Made by a program: the position numbers and the translations under genes. Positions 58,352 to 64,000 of a DNA stretch of 64,000 nucleotides are shown here, piece after piece. Under the pieces are notes generated by a model that saw only the letters and a list, made by a program, of their open reading frames with translations, was not told the origin of the DNA and did not search any database. This DNA is from Spirochaetia bacterium (GTDB lineage: Bacteria > Spirochaetota > Spirochaetia > SZUA-6 > Bin103), in NCBI GenBank assembly GCA_965203055.1, contig OZ241863.1:3296001-3360000 (forward strand), given 5' to 3'. Position 1 is the first letter of the stretch, and every line of letters begins with the position of its first letter.

Positions 58352-59527
58352 TCAGGCGGCGTAGGGGTCGGCGGCGTCGCGCAGGCCGTCGCCGATGAAG
58401 CTGAACATCAACACCGCCAGCACCACGAACGCGCCGGGGATCACCAGCCACGGCTGCAGGGCGAGCACGGAGATCGACTGCGCGTCCTGCAGCAGCGTGC
58501 CCCAGCTCACCGCCGGCGGGCGGATGCCCAGCCCCAGGAAGCTGAGCGCGGTCTCGCCGATGATCATGCCGGGGATGGCCAGGGTGATATGGGTGATCAG
58601 GTAGCTGGTGAAGCCGGGAATCAGATGGCGCCTGATGATGGCGCCGTTCCTGGCGGCCGCGACCCGGGCGGCCATCACGAAGTCCTCCTCGCGCAGGCTG
58701 ATCAGCTTGCCGCGCACTACCCGCGCCAGGCTGGTCCAGCGCTGCACCGCCAGGATCAGGGTAATGGCGAAGTAGATCCTGAGGATGCCCCAGTCGTGGG
58801 GCAGGGCCGCCGACAGCGCAATCCACAGCGGGATGTCGGGGATGCTCAGCAGCATCTCGATGATGCGCTGGATCACGTTGTCCACCACGCCTCCGTAGTA
58901 GCCGGAGATGCCGCCGAAGATCACCCCCAGGACGAACGCCACGAACACCCCGCCGAAGCCGATGAACAGCGAGATGCGGCCGGCGAAGAAGGTGCGTGAG
59001 AACACGTCGCGCCCCAGCCGGTCGGAGCCGAACAGGAACAGCGGCACCGAGGCATCCTCGATCCCGAACAGCCTGGTATTCCAGGGGATGAAGCCGAGCA
59101 GGGTGAACGGTTCGTCGCTGCGCACCCAGAAGCGGATCACGTGCTCCTGGTCGCGTTGTTCGATGTAGCGGTACTTGAAGGTGGCCTTGTCCAGCTCGCG
59201 CACCGTGGCGAACACGAACGGCCGGCTCAGGCCGCGCTCGGGACTGATGATGCGGATGCGGGTCGGCGGCGCCTCGCCAAACTCCTTGAAGCGGTGCAGC
59301 GCCGGATAGGGGGAGAAGAACTCGGCGAAGATCGACGTGAGGTAGAGCGCGGCCAGCACCACCATCGCCACCAGCGCCAGCTTGTGGCGCCGGAACCGGC
59401 GCCACACCAGTTGTCTCTGGGAGGCGACGTAGGCGCGCTCGGCGCCGGACGCGTCGGCCGCGCCGTTGTCGTAGGCCGCCTCGGCAACCGGAGCCGCGTC
59501 CGCCGCGGGCTCGTGCGGCGCCACCAC
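58352..59527 (-). CDS. Peptide ABC transporter permease (OppC/DppC-like)
   Basis: SQRQLVWRRFRRHKLA, GSDRLGRDVFSR, ETALSFLGLG, GDGLRDAADPY. Confidence 0.92.
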   Translation of the reverse strand: MVAPHEPAADAAPVAEAAYDNGAADASGAERAYVASQRQLVWRRFRRHKLALVAMVVLAALYLTSIFAEFFSPYPALHRFKEFGEAPPTRIRIISPERGLSRPFVFATVRELDKATFKYRYIEQRDQEHVIRFWVRSDEPFTLLGFIPWNTRLFGIEDASVPLFLFGSDRLGRDVFSRTFFAGRISLFIGFGGVFVAFVLGVIFGGISGYYGGVVDNVIQRIIEMLLSIPDIPLWIALSAALPHDWGILRIYFAITLILAVQRWTSLARVVRGKLISLREEDFVMAARVAAARNGAIIRRHLIPGFTSYLITHITLAIPGMIIGETALSFLGLGIRPPAVSWGTLLQDAQSISVLALQPWLVIPGAFVVLAVLMFSFIGDGLRDAADPYAA

Positions 59528-60525
59528 TAGCCGGCGCTCCGGCCGAGGCGGATGCGGGGATCGGTCACCGCCAGCAGAATATCGGAAATCAGGGTGCCGA
59601 CGATCACCAGGGCGCTCAGAATCATCACGATGCTGCCCACCAAGTACATGTCCTCCGACAGCGCCGCTTCCAGCAGCACCGGCCCCAGGGTCTCCAGCCC
59701 CAACACCCGCGACACGATCACCTCGCCGCTGACCAGGGTCGGCAGCGTCCAGCCGATGGTGCTGATCAGCGGGTTCAAGGCGATGCGCACCGGATACTTG
59801 AAGATGACGCGCGACTCGCGCAGTCCCTTGGCGCGCGCCGTGGTCACGTACAGCTTCTTCAACTCGTCGAGCAGGGTGCTGCGCAGGATCCGCACCAGCT
59901 GCCCGGTGGCGCCCACGCCGACTACCACCACCCCCAGCCAGGCGTTCTTGGCCACGTCGACCAGCTTCGCCCACGACCACGGGGCGTTGCGGAACTCCAG
60001 CGAGTACAGGCTGGTGATCGCGTGGCCGGTGTAGACGAATACCAGGTAGGCCAGTCCCAGCGCCAGCAGGAAGTTGGGGACCGCCAGACCGATGAAGCTC
60101 ATGGTGGTCGCCAGGTAGTCGGTGACGGAGTATTGCCGCACCGCGGACCAGATGCCGATGGGCACGGCGATGATCCAGGTCACGGCGAACGCCACCAGGG
60201 TGAAGGCGACCGACAACGGCAGGCGCTCCAGGATGATCTCCGTCACCGGCACTTCGTAGATGAAGGAGCGGCCCATCTCACCGCGCAACAGAAAGTTGCG
60301 CATCCACAGGAGGTACTGGTCGACCGGCCCGCGGTCCAGTCCGTACTGGCGGTAGAGCTGCTCCACGACGCTCTCGTTGGCCAGGAACCCCTGCTGCTCC
60401 AGGCGCTGGATGTAGGTCTCGACGTAGCTTCCCGGCGGCAGCAGGATGATGCCGAAGGAAATTATCGAGATCGCCGCCAGCAGCGGGATGGCGATGAAGA
60501 AGCGTTGGCGGATGTAGGCGAGCAC
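59527..60525 (-). CDS. Peptide ABC transporter permease (OppB/DppB-like)
   Basis: YVTTARAKGL, ISDILLAVTDPRIR. Confidence 0.92.
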   Translation of the reverse strand: MLAYIRQRFFIAIPLLAAISIISFGIILLPPGSYVETYIQRLEQQGFLANESVVEQLYRQYGLDRGPVDQYLLWMRNFLLRGEMGRSFIYEVPVTEIILERLPLSVAFTLVAFAVTWIIAVPIGIWSAVRQYSVTDYLATTMSFIGLAVPNFLLALGLAYLVFVYTGHAITSLYSLEFRNAPWSWAKLVDVAKNAWLGVVVVGVGATGQLVRILRSTLLDELKKLYVTTARAKGLRESRVIFKYPVRIALNPLISTIGWTLPTLVSGEVIVSRVLGLETLGPVLLEAALSEDMYLVGSIVMILSALVIVGTLISDILLAVTDPRIRLGRSAG

Positions 60526-60546
60526 GCGCCGTTACTCGAAGTGAAT

Positions 60547-60576
60547 GAATGGGCGGAGCGTGAACTCCGCCCATTC
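60547..60576 (-). terminator. Intercistronic stem-loop after the SBP gene (terminator or mRNA-stabilising hairpin)
   Basis: Perfect 12-bp stem GAATGGGCGGAG / CTCCGCCCATTC with a 6-nt loop. Confidence 0.6.
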
Positions 60577-60609
60577 GTTGGTTCTCAAACCGTTCGGCAG
60601 GCGATCTGC

Positions 60610-62541
60610 CTAGTTCATGGTGCGAAAGAAGAGCTGCTCCATGCCGTAGTCAAGCGCCCGGTCGAAGGGGTAGCCCTCCTTGATCACGTTGCCCAGGTCG
60701 GCGTTGTACACCGTCGGCACCGTCATGCTGCCGGTGGGCCAGATCGACACGTAGTTGCGGCTGAACCAGTCCATCAGGTTGGCGAACGCCGCCTCGCCCT
60801 GCGGTGACTGCGGCGGATACACCTTCCAGGCTTCCCACAGATCGAAGTACTCCTCCATGTAGGCCGGCGGTTCGCGGCCGGTTTCGCCGTTCGAGCGGTA
60901 GTAGAGCCACGACTGGTTCGCCCAGTCGCCCTTGGCGTACGGTCCGAAGTCCTCGGAAATGCCGGGCGCCCAGATCGGGCGGTCGGACCAGTGCACCGTG
61001 GCCATGTGCTCGTTGTTGGCTTGACGCTGGTTCCAGATCTGATTCCCCAGAACGGTGAACGAGGTGCGCACGCCGATCTCCTCGAAGTACTGCTTCATCA
61101 ATTCGCCCACCGTCAGGAAGTCCGGCGACACGTTGGCGGTGATGATGTCGAGGGTGAACCGCGTGCCGTCGGGGCCCAGGCGGAAGCCGTCGCCGTCGCG
61201 CCGGTTCATGCCCGCCGCGTCGAGCAGCCGGTTGGACTGCGCCGGGTCGTAGGCGCGGTCGGTGATGGTGTTCAGCTGGTACTGGCCGAAGTAGACGTTC
61301 TCGTTGACGTCGTCCTTGTCGATGGCCAGCGACAGCGCCTTGCCGAACCGCTTGTCGTTCATCAGCATCTGCCACGTGCTGTCGGGCTTGTCGTGCTCGA
61401 AGTCCTGGTTCAGGAACAGCACCGGCGGGTTGTTGATCGAGCCGTGCAGCACCGTGCGGATGCCCTTGTCCGCGTTCTGCAGATAGATCGGCAGCTCCTT
61501 GAGCTGGGCGTAGCTGGTCACCACGTCATACTCGCCGGCGGCGGTGTTGAGCTTGATCGCCTCCAGGTCGGTGGAGTTTTCGGCGACGATGAAGTCGGCG
61601 TAGGGGAGCTGGTTGCCGGCCACGTCCACCTTCCAGTAGTAGGGGTTGCGCTCCAGCCGGTAGCCGGTGCTGGTGGCCTCGACGCCGACCCAGGGCGCCA
61701 GCGACGGTACGTCCAGCCCGTGCGCGCGGTGAAGCTCCCAGTGCTGCATGTCCTTCTGCTGCACGAGCTGCTCCCAGGTATCCAGCTCCAGCTCATCCAG
61801 GAGCGGCTGAATCTGGTCCATCGGCGTGTAGTCGGCGTGGAACTGCTTGATGAAGTGCGCCGGGCGGAACAGCAGCGTGTAGTCGGGGATCCAGGATGCC
61901 AGGTTGGCCAGGAAGAAGCCGTACGGCACGTCGAACTCCACGCAGAACGACAGGTCGTCGATGATGGTGACCGTCGGCGGGTTGCCGTCGGGGTCGGCGG
62001 CGCGGAAGTAGAAGGTCGGGTAGATGCGCTCGTCGCCGTACAGCTCGAAGGTCATGCGCACGTCTTCGGTGGTGACCAGCTCGCCGTCCGACCAGCGCAG
62101 CCCCTCGCGGATGGTAAAGCAGAACTCCCGGAAGTCGTCGCTGATGTCATACTCGCTGACGACCGCCGGCAGCGGATCCTTGGTGCTCTGATCGGGAGCG
62201 CGCAGGATCGACATGCCCAGCGCCAGGTAGATCTCGTGGACGCCGCTGTTGTTCAGGTTCGGCACCCGGATGGTCCCGCCGTGATTGCCCGGCTCCCAGT
62301 CCAGCCACTGCTCGGAGTTCAACACCCCGGGGCCGACCACGAACGGCTCCGCGGGAATGCGGTCCTCGATCGGCGGCAGGTCGCCGGCGGCCACGCGCGC
62401 GGCCAGCAGCGGCGACTCCTTGAAGTCTTTGGGGGGGGCGTACTTCTGCCGCCCCGTCGGATCCATGGCCCACTGCGCCGACGCAGCGGTGCCGACCGCC
62501 AGCAGCGTCAACGCCGCCAGCAAACGCACAGGTCGAGTCAT
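60610..62541 (-). CDS. Family 5 ABC solute-binding protein
   Basis: ESPLLAARVAAGDLPPIEDRIP, GLRWSDG, ERNPYYWKVDVAGNQLPY. Confidence 0.9.
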   Translation of the reverse strand: MTRPVRLLAALTLLAVGTAASAQWAMDPTGRQKYAPPKDFKESPLLAARVAAGDLPPIEDRIPAEPFVVGPGVLNSEQWLDWEPGNHGGTIRVPNLNNSGVHEIYLALGMSILRAPDQSTKDPLPAVVSEYDISDDFREFCFTIREGLRWSDGELVTTEDVRMTFELYGDERIYPTFYFRAADPDGNPPTVTIIDDLSFCVEFDVPYGFFLANLASWIPDYTLLFRPAHFIKQFHADYTPMDQIQPLLDELELDTWEQLVQQKDMQHWELHRAHGLDVPSLAPWVGVEATSTGYRLERNPYYWKVDVAGNQLPYADFIVAENSTDLEAIKLNTAAGEYDVVTSYAQLKELPIYLQNADKGIRTVLHGSINNPPVLFLNQDFEHDKPDSTWQMLMNDKRFGKALSLAIDKDDVNENVYFGQYQLNTITDRAYDPAQSNRLLDAAGMNRRDGDGFRLGPDGTRFTLDIITANVSPDFLTVGELMKQYFEEIGVRTSFTVLGNQIWNQRQANNEHMATVHWSDRPIWAPGISEDFGPYAKGDWANQSWLYYRSNGETGREPPAYMEEYFDLWEAWKVYPPQSPQGEAAFANLMDWFSRNYVSIWPTGSMTVPTVYNADLGNVIKEGYPFDRALDYGMEQLFFRTMN

Positions 62542-62686
62542 GTCAGTCTTCCTCCTTGCTCGAACACCGTTGTGTTTTGGCCCCAACCGGTGATTCGCCC
62601 CGGCCGGGGGCACGGTGTCGGCCAACCTACCCCGCAAAACCGCTTCCTGTCCAGCCAGCCCGAGCGCGGCTATACGAGGACGCTGA

Positions 62687-62947
62687 TCACGACGGCGCCG
62701 GGCCGCGGTTGCGGCGGGCGGTGTGGATGCTCTGTTCCAGGTCGCGGCCGGCGGCGCGCAGCAGCGCCAGGTCGCCGGCGGCCAGCGCTGGACGAAAGAA
62801 TCCCTCCGGCCACGTTCCGGCGTTCCTGGCGATAGCCTCCTGACAGGCTCGAATGACGAACTGGTTGCGGTTCACGCCCAGACGGCGGGCAATCGCGTCG
62901 ACGCGCTCCAGCAACGGCTGCGGAAAGCGCACGGTGGTGGAAGGCAT
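62687..62947 (-). CDS. CopG/RHH family protein (VapB-like antitoxin)
   Basis: MPSTTVRFPQPLLERVDAIARRLGVNRNQFVIRA is a ribbon-helix-helix pattern. Confidence 0.75.
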   Translation of the reverse strand: MPSTTVRFPQPLLERVDAIARRLGVNRNQFVIRACQEAIARNAGTWPEGFFRPALAAGDLALLRAAGRDLEQSIHTARRNRGPAPS

Positions 62948-63005
62948 GAACCGAAGTATAGTCCATTCGGGTTGTGGACTGCCGGCGGCGCCCGGTGCCG
63001 GTGAG

Positions 63006-63473
63006 TCAGCCCGCGGCAGTGGGCGCGAACTCGGTGGGGATGCGCTGCAGGCAGGCGAGGGTCTCGGTCCAGTAGTAGATGGTGCGGAAGAAGACCAGCA
63101 GGTCGCCCTGCTCCAGGAGCAGCTTGCGGTACATGAGCGCGCGGCCCGCGTCGTAGCCGTTCAGCACCTCGCGCCAGGCGGCGCAGTCGCCGGCCAGCAG
63201 GAAGCTGCAGCGCGGTTCCGCCGCGGCCCGCGTGGTCAGGGCGGCGCCGGTGCATGCGCCGCGCTCCAACTGCAGCACGATCGCCTCGGGAGCGCCGGGC
63301 GGCAGATCCCGCACCGCCAGCCCGAGCGTGCCGTTGACGGCGGCCTTGGCGCGCTCGACCCACTTCCAGAAGCCCTCCAGCTTGCGCTCGATCGTCGCCT
63401 GGTCGGGACCCTCGTTGATTACCGCGCGCGCCGCCTCGGCCCACCGCGCCGAGAAGAACGGGAGCTTCTCCAT
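63006..63473 (-). CDS. SCP2 sterol/lipid-binding domain protein
   Basis: PFFSARWAEA, LQLERGAC, FLLAGD..AWREVL, ALMYRKLLLEQGD. Confidence 0.7.
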   Translation of the reverse strand: MEKLPFFSARWAEAARAVINEGPDQATIERKLEGFWKWVERAKAAVNGTLGLAVRDLPPGAPEAIVLQLERGACTGAALTTRAAAEPRCSFLLAGDCAAWREVLNGYDAGRALMYRKLLLEQGDLLVFFRTIYYWTETLACLQRIPTEFAPTAAG

Positions 63474-63486
63474 GCGGCCGCCGCCG

Positions 63487-64000
63487 TCAGCCGCCCGCCA
63501 GCAGCGGGTCCATCTGGTCGATCAGCGCCTCGACGTCCGCCGGCAGCGCGGCGCCGAGCAGATTCAGCTTCTTGCGGAGTTGCCGCCCGCGCAACGCCTG
63601 TTCGCGCTGCGCCGACCAGCCGAGCACTTCGAAGGTGACGCGCTTGCCGCCGGTGTTGGAGAACGCCAGCAGCGTGCGCATGGTCTCGTGCAGATCGTGC
63701 ACCAGCCCCGGCTCCTGCCGGAGCAGCTCGCGGATGAAGCGCAACCCGGCCTGCACGTGGCGCGCCTCGTCGCGGCAGGTAGCGGTGAACCCGGCGTAGT
63801 AGCCGGGCAGCACCTTGCGGTCGCGCGCGAACCCCAGCGTGATCTTCATCGATGACAGCGCCAGCACGCCCTCGATCCACAGCATGTAGGTCACCGCGTA
63901 GCGCATCAGCAGGTGGCTGTCGTACGGGTTGCGGCGCAACGCGTCGGTCAGACCGGCGAGCAGGCCGAACGGCCCGGCGAAGGTGTCGTCGACGAAGGGG
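63487..64000 (-). CDS. Ferritin-like dimetal protein, R2lox/RNR-R2-like (5' end outside window)
   Basis: TYMLWIEGVLA...LPGYYAGF...RDEARHVQAG (ExxH). Confidence 0.72.
   Translation of the reverse strand, partial: PFVDDTFAGPFGLLAGLTDALRRNPYDSHLLMRYAVTYMLWIEGVLALSSMKITLGFARDRKVLPGYYAGFTATCRDEARHVQAGLRFIRELLRQEPGLVHDLHETMRTLLAFSNTGGKRVTFEVLGWSAQREQALRGRQLRKKLNLLGAALPADVEALIDQMDPLLAGG

Noticed and set aside
1..64000. tRNA, rRNA, integrase or prophage
   Set aside because: None recognised. DUF5131 alone does not indicate a prophage.

Overview
GC-rich bacterial DNA. The ABC solute-binding proteins with 'GAAEE/AGGSEE' N-termini and the many PhyH, Uma2 and CRTAC1-type genes suggest a host-associated Spirochaetaceae-like genome; this is an inference. 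Bases 1-19.9 kb form a mostly minus-strand defence island. In transcription order it holds a type III res gene, a UvrD helicase, an ABC ATPase, DUF4276, MNT remnants, an opposite-strand tandem Rpn pair (the second copy decayed and hit by an ISAs1), the type III mod gene, an IetA/IetS-like AAA+ ATPase and subtilase, DUF5131, a second ABC ATPase and a PD-(D/E)xK-like gene. The rest is catabolic and transport genes (DddD-like CoA transferase, TPP enzyme, three PhyH, BVMO, two AKR domains, an enolase-family enzyme, sugar and peptide ABC systems, R2lox-like gene plus SCP2), mixed with TA and Uma2 genes and eroded pseudogenes. The most striking observation is a pair of elements with near-identical terminal inverted repeats and separate 9-bp target duplications. 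One (56097-57619) is an autonomous ISKra4/IS256-like element. The other (28926-30624) has no transposase and carries an HNH endonuclease gene with its own consensus promoter and a linker built from repeated palindromic DNA motifs. No tRNA, rRNA or CRISPR array was found. Family assignments come from recognising motifs by eye, not from database searches.
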